From a virus, in the IMG/VR virus record IMGVR_UViG_3300045988_154120, positions 1-46,108 of that record: DNA of 46,108 nt. One strand, written 5' to 3'. The translations under genes were made by a program, and so were the position numbers. Numbering within the stretch: the first letter of the stretch is position 1; the number at the start of each line of letters is the position of its first letter. The notes below the pieces were generated by a model. It searched no databases, was not told the DNA's origin, and was given only the letters and a program-made list of their open reading frames with translations. Below, piece by piece: positions 21,982 through 32,300 of this stretch.

Positions 21982-22201
21982 CATATTTATCGAACATTTT
22001 TCTAGCTTTGCATACTCTGTTCCTTATGGTTTGTACTTCCATATGTAATGCATCTGCAATTTCAGTACATGACATATCATATACGTATCTCATAATCAAA
22101 ACCTGTTCATATTTCTTTCTTAATCCAACAGACTTGATAAGTATTAATGCATCATTAGGACGTATCTCTTTTAATCTGTTAGCTTTGTTAATATAAACCA
22201 C
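21968..22201 (-). CDS. Small sigma-70 region-4-like HTH protein (77 aa)
   Basis: KKYEQVLIMRYVYDMSCTEIADALHMEVQTIRNRVCKARKMF fits the sigma region 4.2 / YlxM-like pattern. Confidence 0.55.
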   Translation of the reverse strand: MVYINKANRLKEIRPNDALILIKSVGLRKKYEQVLIMRYVYDMSCTEIADALHMEVQTIRNRVCKARKMFDKYVSNL

Positions 22202-22209
22202 CGCCTTTA

Positions 22210-22443
22210 TTAAATTCGTTGGTTTGAATTAGCTTCGCAAGAACAATTATTCACATGATCATCTTTCCAATAACCACAACAAACAATTGTAGAATAAAGA
22301 ACAATAATCACTAAAACCAATACTGTAATAATCGTTCTACTTGTTTTATAGTTTCGATCAATTAATTTTGAGCAAAAACCATAAATATTATCTACTTTTT
22401 CTTCTACATTCTGAAGTTTCTTGTTTGCATCTTTAATATCCAT
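22210..22443 (-). CDS. XhlA-like protein: N-terminal coiled coil with a C-terminal TM helix
   Basis: KKLQNVEEKVDNI... is followed by IITVLVLVIIVLYSTIVCCGYW. Its position in the cassette also fits. Confidence 0.45.
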   Translation of the reverse strand: MDIKDANKKLQNVEEKVDNIYGFCSKLIDRNYKTSRTIITVLVLVIIVLYSTIVCCGYWKDDHVNNCSCEANSNQRI

Positions 22444-22726
22444 TTTTATTACGATCCTCCAACGCTTCTACACGTTTAAACAAAGTAGTTATTTGTTCTT
22501 TTATTTGAGAAAGCTCAACTTCCATTGAATTACTTCCTTTTTTAATTTCTGAAATTGAATCTTTAATATCACTTAAATCCGATTTAATATGTTCTAATTC
22601 ATTCTTCAAAAATGCCATATTGGATATTTGTTCTCCATCCATCTTGCGTGTTCCACGATTATACGTAATAAATGCAATTACAAGCATGCATGCAGAAATA
22701 ATAACACTAAGATATTCACCGCTCAT
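22433..22726 (-). CDS. Membrane-anchored coiled-coil protein (97 aa)
   Basis: An N-terminal TM helix (VIISACMLVIAFITY) is followed by heptad-like LEHIKSDLSDIKDSISEIKK. Confidence 0.5.
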   Translation of the reverse strand: MSGEYLSVIISACMLVIAFITYNRGTRKMDGEQISNMAFLKNELEHIKSDLSDIKDSISEIKKGSNSMEVELSQIKEQITTLFKRVEALEDRNKNGY

Positions 22727-22737
22727 AGAAACACCAC

Positions 22738-22860
22738 CTATTTATTAATGATAGAATCTTTTTGTTCTACACTAATCCATCCAATAGAAGCAAAGATATC
22801 TAAATCATTATTTGTAAATAAGCCTAGTTCATAATACGATTTAATCAATTCATAACTCAT
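22738..22860 (-). CDS. xkdX: XkdX-family small protein (40 aa, missed by the ORF track)
   Basis: Manual translation gives MSYELIKSYYELGLFTNNDLDIFASIGWISVEQKDSIINK, which resembles the XkdX pattern (..YY.LGL.T..D...FV..G.IT.E.Y..I). Its ATG lies 1 nt after the upstream stop. Confidence 0.6.
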   Translation of the reverse strand: MSYELIKSYYELGLFTNNDLDIFASIGWISVEQKDSIINK

Positions 22861-22861
22861 G

Positions 22862-23209
22862 TTACTTCACTCCATTCATTTTAGCTTTTAACTGTGCAAT
22901 CTGTAACATTAATTGTGCGTTAATCTTATCTTGCTCAGTTGGTACTGCTTTTGGCCCTTCAATTGTTGGCTTATCTTCTTCTGCAACCTCAATCACTTTG
23001 CCTTCTACAAATTTATAATTGTATCGACCTTGTTCATCAATTAAGCCATTTTCTAGATATTGGCTTTGTGCGTGTGCGTATTTATCGCCTTTCCCTTTGT
23101 CAATTTCTGTCATAATTGATATTTCTTCTTCTGATAAGAAAATATCTGAATTAATAGATGTGATGTATCCATCTTGTAAGGATACATATACTTTATATTC
23201 GTTGTCCAT
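22862..23209 (-). CDS. Hypothetical protein occupying the XkdW position (115 aa)
   Basis: Tracked ORF lying between the fibre gene and the XkdX-like gene. Confidence 0.45.
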   Translation of the reverse strand: MDNEYKVYVSLQDGYITSINSDIFLSEEEISIMTEIDKGKGDKYAHAQSQYLENGLIDEQGRYNYKFVEGKVIEVAEEDKPTIEGPKAVPTEQDKINAQLMLQIAQLKAKMNGVK

Positions 23210-23217
23210 AGTTCCTC

Positions 23218-24126
23218 CTAGTAAATTTCTGCGTCTGCAATAATGTTTTTCATTCTTAATGTATAGTAGTCTACATTATTACCAATAACGACAAGACCAA
23301 TTCCGTATTTATTTGAATCAACACTTGTAACTTTTTCAGAAATCACTTCATCATTAGCCTTGTGTATATTACTATACGTGATTGTTGGATTCGTGCGCAT
23401 TTCTACTGGGAATAAACCACCTGCGCTTTGATAATATTGTCCATTACTACTAAATGCCGTTCTCGTACTTGCATACGGAATAAAATATATTTCCGGTATT
23501 ATTTGTAAAAATCGCGCACATTTCACTAATTCCTCTGCCGGATTTGGAGCAACAAAAGGGGTAGCGATTGATCCTTGTTCTAGTTTCACCCATTCAATCT
23601 TACAAGAGCTTCCTTTTGTAACTTGTATAATTACTTTTTTAGCTTGGCTTGCTAAGCCTATAGAATAAATCCCACTCGTTGTAATATTTAAATTGTTTCC
23701 ATTAGATGTACTGTCCATAACTGAAACTACAATACTTCCAGTTACTGAATCCACCTTCAATGTAAATAATGTTTCTGAATCAATTGGTCTTTCCAATTCC
23801 TGTGCAAAAAATCCACCGTCATTATTTTGACTGTCTGCGGATAGTGATATACCATCTGTAGAGGCATTTACATTTAAAGATAAATTTCTCCATCTATCTA
23901 CTGTATATCTTACTACCCCATCACTTGTATACTCTGCTTTTCCTCTCTGATTTATCTTAAAATTGGGATTAATCAACAAATTCGGGTTACTGAACTTATC
24001 CGACATATACGCCGTCACATCACCCATGCTTGATTTCTTTAGCCCATTTCCATCATGAACTGCAAAGATATCGCTATCTTTTAAAACACTTGCTTTCGTT
24101 AAATCTGTAAATTGTTTTCCTTGCAT
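23218..24126 (-). CDS. Putative tail fibre or receptor-binding protein (302 aa)
   Basis: The N-terminus FTDLTKASVLKDSDIFAVHDGNGLKKSSMGDV is typical of fibre anchor domains. It is the last large structural gene. Confidence 0.55.
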   Translation of the reverse strand: MQGKQFTDLTKASVLKDSDIFAVHDGNGLKKSSMGDVTAYMSDKFSNPNLLINPNFKINQRGKAEYTSDGVVRYTVDRWRNLSLNVNASTDGISLSADSQNNDGGFFAQELERPIDSETLFTLKVDSVTGSIVVSVMDSTSNGNNLNITTSGIYSIGLASQAKKVIIQVTKGSSCKIEWVKLEQGSIATPFVAPNPAEELVKCARFLQIIPEIYFIPYASTRTAFSSNGQYYQSAGGLFPVEMRTNPTITYSNIHKANDEVISEKVTSVDSNKYGIGLVVIGNNVDYYTLRMKNIIADAEIY

Positions 24127-24135
24127 ATTGTCCTC

Positions 24136-25053
24136 CTATTCTACTTTATATTTCCAGTCTGCAAGAAGTGTGTTTTGATTTTCATCAACTAGAGTTGTTT
24201 CATTATCAAAAAGCAATAAAGTATAAAAATGATTTTCTAAAATCATATCCATAATATCTGCAATTTGTTGCCTAACAGCATTTCCAGCTGTCGGATAAAT
24301 TGTTCCATCATACCCAATACGAATGTCTGTTATTTCAGTATTGGCATCAGGCAAGTTTCCGGAGTTAAATAATTGATCTACTCTAGACTTAAGAACACTT
24401 AAATCATTAACTCTAATTCCATATTTTGAAATTAAATCATTTAATTCTTGCACTCCTGAATCCTTGATACCATTTATTTTCGTGATACCTGTGTCTCTAG
24501 CATCTTTAATTTGATTTACTGCATTTGTGCATTCTTCTGAAACCAGTAAAAGCATAGTTGCAATCTCATCTCGTTCATTTTGATCTAATGAAGATGATTT
24601 TGCATAAATACTTTCAGGAGTAACTACTCTAGCAAGTGTTGTTGCCCAACGTTTTTGAATCACTCCGTCATCATCTACAATCACAGCACTAACCACGAAA
24701 TAAAGATCTCCTTTATTCTTTAGCGCATTATTTGGAACAACCCAAGAGAATTCACATGTGTCATAGTAAGTGACCTTATCCACAGCCAAAGATGAACCAA
24801 CAATCCCTTTTGAATCTCTATAGTTTATACGAATGAAAGCATCTTCCATCTTAAATACTTCCGATACTACATTCATAACTTTAAATTTTACATATTTAGA
24901 ATCTTTATCATATTGAACACCAAATACATTTTCAGGATCAGGTATATATATTTCACGTGTCTTTGCATCTACAACTAACGTTTCATTTCCTACACCTGCA
25001 TATGCATCTAAATCAAAACTAAGTGTTGCATTTAACTTTGCCATTTTATACAC
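24136..25053 (-). CDS. Baseplate or tail-fibre-associated structural protein (305 aa)
   Basis: Assigned from its position in the tail-tip module. Confidence 0.5.
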   Translation of the reverse strand: MYKMAKLNATLSFDLDAYAGVGNETLVVDAKTREIYIPDPENVFGVQYDKDSKYVKFKVMNVVSEVFKMEDAFIRINYRDSKGIVGSSLAVDKVTYYDTCEFSWVVPNNALKNKGDLYFVVSAVIVDDDGVIQKRWATTLARVVTPESIYAKSSSLDQNERDEIATMLLLVSEECTNAVNQIKDARDTGITKINGIKDSGVQELNDLISKYGIRVNDLSVLKSRVDQLFNSGNLPDANTEITDIRIGYDGTIYPTAGNAVRQQIADIMDMILENHFYTLLLFDNETTLVDENQNTLLADWKYKVE

Positions 25054-25339
25054 TCCTAACTACTAAAATCCCTGAAAGTGGTGTATCATGAATTCCATTT
25101 GTTTCTACAGTGATCATCCATTTGTACGTACCTTCTGTAAGAGCATCTGATGGACATTTGATTTTCAAATCTTCTTTAATATCCACACACTCAATAACTC
25201 TTGAGTTGTTCATAATCACAAATTGAACCTTGTCATTATTTCCTGGTATAAACGTATTTCCACTTTTAAAATTAAAAGAAACATCAGTAATAATCGTATC
25301 TCCTTTATTTATTGTGATTTGTTTGTTTTTTATTTCCAT
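25046..25339 (-). CDS. Small beta-rich structural protein (97 aa)
   Basis: Assigned from position; overlaps its neighbour. Confidence 0.45.
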   Translation of the reverse strand: MEIKNKQITINKGDTIITDVSFNFKSGNTFIPGNNDKVQFVIMNNSRVIECVDIKEDLKIKCPSDALTEGTYKWMITVETNGIHDTPLSGILVVRSV

Positions 25340-25351
25340 ATATGCTCCTTT

Positions 25352-26389
25352 CTATTTATATAGAATTGCTTTTTTCCATTCCAATCCATCAAAAACAAAT
25401 AATCTGCATAACTGATAATTACTTCTATTCTGTGTAACTGCTAATGAATAGCCACGCTTCCATCTTATTCCATCAAACTGCCATACTTCCATATGAGTAA
25501 ACGTTGTATTGAATTTAACGTTCACCCATGAAGATGTTCTGTCTAATGAATCTGTAACAAGTACTTGAATCGTTCTTTCTGTATTTTTTGGAACAGAATA
25601 TAGCTTAACTTCTCTAGAATCCACTGTGTTTTGACTTGAGCCATCTTTGTATGTTACTGATTTAACATGTCCATCATCCGATGTATGTACAGTGAATTTC
25701 ACATCATCTGTATTTCCACTACCTTTGATAATTTCAAAATCTACATAAGTTACATATACAGAAGCGTAGTTTTCCAATGTAGTGGTCTTTAATACCGTTT
25801 GTGACAAGCTATTTCCGCTACAGTCTGCCATATAAGATTCTACATGAAATTCATATTCTGTTTTCTGAGTAAGATCAGTAAAAGAATAATTTCCATTTAA
25901 ATTATTACTTACAAATTGTTCATCTTTATTAGAATATAAACGTAATGTATATAAGTTATATGGATTCGTTTTCAACTTTCCAAAAATTGAAATGTCATTG
26001 TTTCCAACACCTGATATCCATGCATCATATGATGGCAAATCAATTAATGGTGTAGTCAATCTTGCTATTCCTGATAAATTAGGCCATCCTTGACAACTCG
26101 CATTCCATTCAAAATACCGTTGTCTATTGCAGTACATAGGTTCATTAATTTCTCCTAGATAATACCATCCTGAATCCTGAATATAATTTAAATCCCACCT
26201 TGAAATAGTTTTAGAAAGTCCTCCAAGAGTAACAACATTGTTTGCTTGGATTTTGAAGTTTCCGGTGTACTTAAACCTTACATCCGCTTTAAATTTTAAA
26301 TTAGGATACGAACCTTCGTATCTCTCGTTGTAAGATTCAAACGTAAGTATTAAATACTGATTATATGGTAATGTTGCTAAAACAGTCAT
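25352..26389 (-). CDS. Baseplate or tail-tip structural protein (345 aa)
   Basis: Assigned from position. Confidence 0.5.
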   Translation of the reverse strand: MTVLATLPYNQYLILTFESYNERYEGSYPNLKFKADVRFKYTGNFKIQANNVVTLGGLSKTISRWDLNYIQDSGWYYLGEINEPMYCNRQRYFEWNASCQGWPNLSGIARLTTPLIDLPSYDAWISGVGNNDISIFGKLKTNPYNLYTLRLYSNKDEQFVSNNLNGNYSFTDLTQKTEYEFHVESYMADCSGNSLSQTVLKTTTLENYASVYVTYVDFEIIKGSGNTDDVKFTVHTSDDGHVKSVTYKDGSSQNTVDSREVKLYSVPKNTERTIQVLVTDSLDRTSSWVNVKFNTTFTHMEVWQFDGIRWKRGYSLAVTQNRSNYQLCRLFVFDGLEWKKAILYK

Positions 26390-26392
26390 ACA

Positions 26393-27001
26393 CTACTCCT
26401 CGTATTTGATATAGATATCCCCAGCTTTATCACCATCTTGTACAGTAGGATTTGTAGTTCCACTACGTACATTTACAGTAAGCTTTAATCGATCATCAAA
26501 TTGTTTTTGATATCCTTCCAATGTTTTAATAGTTGTTTGTGCCTTTGCAATCGCATCTAACAGATTTTTAAAATCTTCTGTTGAATCAATACCACTATCT
26601 AACGCAAAATTCTTTACAACTTTAATTTTAAATGTGAATGAAGTTACAAATGTATTATCTGAACTCAATACGATTTCAGCACTTACAATACCTGCTTCTG
26701 CTAGAATATTTGCAAACGTTTCTGTGTCAGAAAATGTAATTTCATATGCATTCGAGTTTTCAAATCGTGATACACTAGTCGCATCCACACTTACATTTAA
26801 TCCACTTGGTTTTTCAATCCACATAGTAGCCGTTAATGATGAGTCAGTTTCTGAAGGTTCATCTACAATCACATCATCGCTCACAAATACAATAAGTCCT
26901 CGTCCTGTATCTCCTTGAAGCATTTCCAACGTTAAATCAGAATTTTCTTTTGTAAGACTTACAGTTAAATGACTATATACAATCGCCATGTTATACCTCA
27001 C
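26393..27001 (-). CDS. Baseplate or tail-tip structural protein (202 aa)
   Basis: Assigned from position; overlaps Tal. Confidence 0.5.
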   Translation of the reverse strand: MRYNMAIVYSHLTVSLTKENSDLTLEMLQGDTGRGLIVFVSDDVIVDEPSETDSSLTATMWIEKPSGLNVSVDATSVSRFENSNAYEITFSDTETFANILAEAGIVSAEIVLSSDNTFVTSFTFKIKVVKNFALDSGIDSTEDFKNLLDAIAKAQTTIKTLEGYQKQFDDRLKLTVNVRSGTTNPTVQDGDKAGDIYIKYEE

Positions 27002-28580
27002 TTTCTAATACAAGATCTAAATCTTCAGGACGTTCCGTAATCAAGTTATAGGTCAATTTATTTAAATAAAACCTTTCTCGTTTTCCAAAATCAGTTTCTA
27101 CATAAATCGAATCATTTAACTTTAACATCTGTGCATCAGGCACATTAGATGAAAATAGTTCTTCAAATTTAATAGAAGTTTCTGTTTTTGGTTCTTGCAG
27201 TTCTTTCTCCAAAGATTTTTTTGTCTGTATTCTAAGATAGTTTCTAAAATTCGCTTCATTTGTAAATACGCCCAGTGTTGTTTTCTTTGCTTGTGAATCA
27301 TCCGCCATCAATTTGATATCGGAATATTCTTTTACATCAATTCTGTGAATTTCATCTGTATCCCAATTACTAGCCTTGACAATCTCGTGATTTGGTAGAA
27401 GTCGTCCATTATACGCTTTCGGTATGATTCCGGTAACTACATTTTCCATTGATTTTTTCTTAGTGTATTCAGACATTTCTTTATTACTTATAAAGAAACC
27501 ATTTGGTTTCAAATTGGAAGCATAGTAATCTGGATTTCCAAAGTAACAATCATAATTGTTGAACATCGCAACATATCTGTTATTTTCACATTCAGGCCAT
27601 CGGTTCATCATAGAATTTTCTTCTGTCCCAAACAAACATTGAATCAAATTATATCGAATCCAATATGCCGTTTGTGTAGAATCCACATCTTCAATCATCC
27701 ATTTACACGCATTTCCAACTTCGGCAGTACCTCTATCAGCAACAACAACTTTGTTACCATTGCCAATACTCGTCGAACTAGGATAGATGCCATAATATAT
27801 GTTTCCATATGGTGCAATTTCATAACTAGAACCATTATTAATGAACCACCATTTTTCTGAATTGTCTGAAGGACTTTCAGATAGACTGCCTAACACAACC
27901 TTTCCTGCATCCAATTTAAGCCATCTACATGAACACAACGATAAAATCCCGTATATGCTTCCAAATCTGTCTGAACCAATTTTTTTCAACATAAAAGTTT
28001 GAGCAGACGTTCTGTTTCTTTGATACATCTGTAATTGTATAGATGCATCTTCACTTGCGCCTGGAACATCCAAACAATACCCACTATTCTGAACATTTCG
28101 GAAATAAACGATTTTTTCATCCTCAGCATTAACGTTGGCATAGTTTGCATATTTTCCATGTCCATAAATTTTATAAGGATAATTTGGCCGTGAATTTGTG
28201 ATAATATCATTTGCGGTATTCACTGCATCTTGCCACGTACCACTCATAGTACGATCATCAAACACAAACACTTCTTTTTGTGAATCAAAGAACACATGTG
28301 TTGCATAGCATGTATATGTATCTTTTTGTTTGTTGTATTTTGGATACGCAATTCTATATAACTGTGGTTCTTCAAAATTTATATCCACTTTAAACACGGA
28401 TTCATCACTGATTTCCATACCCATCAAATCACTTTTTGGGAATTCTATTTCTACGCACCAAATAGAATTTCTTTCAAACACTGCTTTTGCACTAACACAA
28501 TGTTTTAAAATCACATCTCCATTACGTTCTTTCATTTGTGCATATGTTGTTTTTTTTCTAGAAAAGAATAAATGAATCAT
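26991..28580 (-). CDS. Tail-associated protein (Tal-like) with an inserted ricin-type beta-trefoil lectin-like segment
   Basis: It follows Dit. Residues about 155-300 show three repeats: GYCLDVPG...QLQMYQRN.TSAQTF, CRWLKLDAG...EKWWF and NKVVVAD...ACKWMI. Confidence 0.65.
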   Translation of the reverse strand: MIHLFFSRKKTTYAQMKERNGDVILKHCVSAKAVFERNSIWCVEIEFPKSDLMGMEISDESVFKVDINFEEPQLYRIAYPKYNKQKDTYTCYATHVFFDSQKEVFVFDDRTMSGTWQDAVNTANDIITNSRPNYPYKIYGHGKYANYANVNAEDEKIVYFRNVQNSGYCLDVPGASEDASIQLQMYQRNRTSAQTFMLKKIGSDRFGSIYGILSLCSCRWLKLDAGKVVLGSLSESPSDNSEKWWFINNGSSYEIAPYGNIYYGIYPSSTSIGNGNKVVVADRGTAEVGNACKWMIEDVDSTQTAYWIRYNLIQCLFGTEENSMMNRWPECENNRYVAMFNNYDCYFGNPDYYASNLKPNGFFISNKEMSEYTKKKSMENVVTGIIPKAYNGRLLPNHEIVKASNWDTDEIHRIDVKEYSDIKLMADDSQAKKTTLGVFTNEANFRNYLRIQTKKSLEKELQEPKTETSIKFEELFSSNVPDAQMLKLNDSIYVETDFGKRERFYLNKLTYNLITERPEDLDLVLESEV

Positions 28581-28582
28581 CT

Positions 28583-29380
28583 TTATTTCTCCCTATAATT
28601 ACGTATAATTTCTGCACGAATAGCACCAATATCCGTTGTGATCAATACATTATTTGAACCATAATTAAACTTAAGCCCGTCAAAAGATCCACTTGTTTTC
28701 AATGTGTCATATTTATACGTTCCATTTTTATAGTATGTTTTCATATAAGAATTCTCTGTATTGATTTCAACATACGAAATATCCGATGTACCGTTAAAAG
28801 GATTTGTGATTGTAAAATTATTTCCATTACAATTGATCGTAATGTTTTTCGCATTCATGGAAGTGTTATATAAACGATAGATCGGATATGCTGTTTCATA
28901 ATAATTCGCAAGTTCTACCTTTTTTCCACTTACAATATCGTATGGTCTTGAATACTTATTTACGTATCTGTAAGGTTCACAAATAAATGTGATTGTAAAT
29001 TCGCTTCCTCGTCCAAAGTCTCTTGAATCTATATCAAACGTTACATTTTTTACCTTCCAATAATGTTCTCTATCATCACTAGTTAACTCCAATATTCCTT
29101 TATTTCCATTGAAATATTGTTGGATTTTATAGATACGATCTAGATATTCTTTCTTGCTATTTAAAACAAAGTTGCATTTGATAGGAATTTTGCGATCTTG
29201 ATATACACCTGTATGACGATACGATGTAGTACCGTCACCAAGTGTAGATGTTTCTACAATTTCCTCTGCCATAGGAATAACAGGACGCTCACTTACCTTT
29301 AATAAATACATAATATTTTGCGTATAACGCAGTTTATTTTCAGGTGTAAATCTAAAATGATACATTCTATGAACCTCCAT
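28583..29380 (-). CDS. Distal tail protein (Dit); an alternative start at 29365 has a better SD
   Basis: It lies immediately downstream of the tape measure and its size is typical. Confidence 0.65.
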   Translation of the reverse strand: MEVHRMYHFRFTPENKLRYTQNIMYLLKVSERPVIPMAEEIVETSTLGDGTTSYRHTGVYQDRKIPIKCNFVLNSKKEYLDRIYKIQQYFNGNKGILELTSDDREHYWKVKNVTFDIDSRDFGRGSEFTITFICEPYRYVNKYSRPYDIVSGKKVELANYYETAYPIYRLYNTSMNAKNITINCNGNNFTITNPFNGTSDISYVEINTENSYMKTYYKNGTYKYDTLKTSGSFDGLKFNYGSNNVLITTDIGAIRAEIIRNYREK

Positions 29381-32300
29381 TTCCCCATGATTTCAACATG
29401 TCTCGAATTGATATAATTTCTTGTACAGTATCTGTAACAACATTTCCATCCAATTGCATAGGCTGTAGATTGATTGTTAGATCACAATTTCCAATCGCAT
29501 TAATCATTTGATCCAATCTATTTGTGATTGCACTCAAATTTATATTACCTACGCTTCCGCTTCGTGATGTAGTTCCACCCATAATAGCTGTTGTAGCATT
29601 CGCAACAGATGCATACGGACTGATATCAGAATATGTAGCAATTGCATCTGCACTCATTGGCATAATATCTGTGTCAACCACAGGTTTATCCGCATTAAAC
29701 AAAGATTGTGGAAAATAATTTTTACTGTTATCACCTTCAACAACTCTTGTCTTTTTTATAGTTGTATGTGTAACAGTGATAGGGTGATCGTCCGCATATT
29801 TTTGAGCTTTATCGATATTTGACTTAATATCTGTATAAGCTATAGCGGAGCTTGTAACCATACCGTCTAAGTGAGGTTGCAAAGATTTTTCCATCTTTCC
29901 GCCCATTTTTCCAACGGCTGATGATGTAGTACCATCATTCGCAAATACATCCGCAATACCGGTAACCGAATTCTGAGATTCTTTTTTCATCTTTTCTCCG
30001 GCTTTTTTAATTTTAGGATCTGTGTCTGACATCATCTTTGTTACTGCATCACTTACAGACATTTGTCCATTCGCAACTGCTGTTGCAACATCTGTAGGAA
30101 TTTGTTCTCCACTCATTCCAGCAGATTTTACTGCGTTTGCTAAAGTGATTAAATTGTTCATTGCGTTAGTAGCTTCTGAAATACTTCCACAATTCGCCAG
30201 GATTCCGTTTGCTACACTCATAGGAATAGAGCCACCAATCGTACCGGCTTCATCAACAAGTTGATTCATATTCATTAAAGTAGCCATATAGTTGGCTGCT
30301 TCTACCGCATTTGCAGTACCGTTTGTAATTCCTTCTTGAATACCAAGTGGAATTTGAATACCTGATTGCGCTGCCTGTGCTGCAATATCAGTCAATTGTG
30401 CCTTCATGGTTGTTCCCATCTGTTCAAACGACTGTGTTTCTAAGTAGTTAGATTGAAGAATGGATTGTGTCTGAGTTTCGTGCAATTTCGTATAAGAGTC
30501 TGCTAAATCCGTACATAATGTAGAAATTGATTCCCTCAATGCACTCGATTGATTCATGTAATCTTGCATCGAAATATGGCCTGCTGCATATTCTGCACTT
30601 AATTTTCTTAAAGAATCCGTTGTACTATTTATACTTTCCGTAAGCTCTGCATTCTTTAATTCCGCTTTTAATTGAGCAGCGGCATTTTTCTTTGCGATAC
30701 TTGCAAGTGCTTCTTGTTTTGCTTCTTCTTGAATCTGAGTAATACGTTCTTTAATTGCATCAATACTTTTATAGTTCGCATCCTCATTAAGATTTAGCTT
30801 GCCAGTATTCTCATCAATTTCTACCCCCAAATCAGGATAAAGTTGATTTAACTCCCTAACCGCTTCTGCAAGCATAGTCTTTTGTGTAGCATTTAAAGAT
30901 TCTTTTGCGTTAAGATCTTCAATTGTTTTCATCAAATGACTTGCGGTTTTGTTGTTTTGCGTATACTGAGCTACAATTTCACCCATACTTGTCTTGGTTT
31001 TAGACATTGACTTTGCATACTTCTCATAACCATCAATAACTTTTAATGTAACTGCATAATCTGTATCTTTATATGCAAGCTCTTTATTTGCAGTTTCCAT
31101 CGCTTCCTTGCGCTTTTTATCCGCCCAAACAACAGCACCTGCGAAAGCACCAAGTGCAACTGTAACAGCCGTGATTGCTGGATGTGTTAACACAAAACCT
31201 TTTCCTAACGAAACGATAGAAGTACTTGCCAATTCCCCTGCTTTTGCAGTATCCCCAAATCCATCAGCTACCTTTTGTAAACCTGGATGTGCTTTAGTAA
31301 AGAATTTAACAGCACCTTGCGTTGCACCAGCTACTTTACTTACACCTTTTGCGGTTGGATAAGCGGCTGCCGTCAACAATAACATCTTTGCGATTGTCTG
31401 TTGCGTACCTTCATCTAAATTAGAGAATGCGTTAGCTGCCTTTTTTACTATCTTTAATAGATCTGTTAAAGTAGGTGTAAATGCCTGACCTAATTCATTA
31501 CCAGCTTGTTTAATAGCTTCCCATGTTTGAGATAATTGAGATTTCAAAGTTGCATAACGCTTTTCTGCTTCGTTTGCCATTGCCGTATTGTCATTCCATG
31601 CATTTTTAGAAACATTTAATGCATTAGCCAATACATCCGAACTTTGTGCCAAAGCACCCATTGCCTGTGCTTGTCGTACTTCCTTAATGCCCAATTCATC
31701 CAATGTTTTTGTAACATCCGCCGATTTTCCAATACCTTCTACAAACTTTAAGAATGTTCCCGCTGCATCTTCTCCCCAAGCCTTTTGGAATTGTTGAGAA
31801 GTCATACCAGACACTTCCGCAAACTTTTGTAGGTTCTTATCTCCTGTAGAAACAGATATATCAATTTTCTTTAACATTTTAGAAACAGAGCTACCACCCG
31901 CAGCAGCTTCAATACCTAATGAAGATAATGCAGTTGATAATCCTAATACTTGGTTAGAATTAAAGCCTACCATCTTACCTGCAACACCTAATCTAGTAGC
32001 CATATCCATAATATCTGCTTCGGTTGTAGAGAATTTATTTCCCAAATCTACAATTGTAGAACCTAAACGAGAATAATATGTATTCGTCTTTTTAGACTGT
32101 GAAACCATTACGTTTGAGAACTTGGCAATACTTTGTGCTGCTTCTTCACCAACAAGATTTGTAGTATCACCCAATTCTGTAATAGTTTTAGTAAATCCAA
32201 CAATAGAATCTGTAGGGATACCCATCTGCCCTGCAAGCTCTGCATAATGGGCAATGTCTTGATATGTACTTGATGTATTTTGAGCTAGATCTTTTAATCC

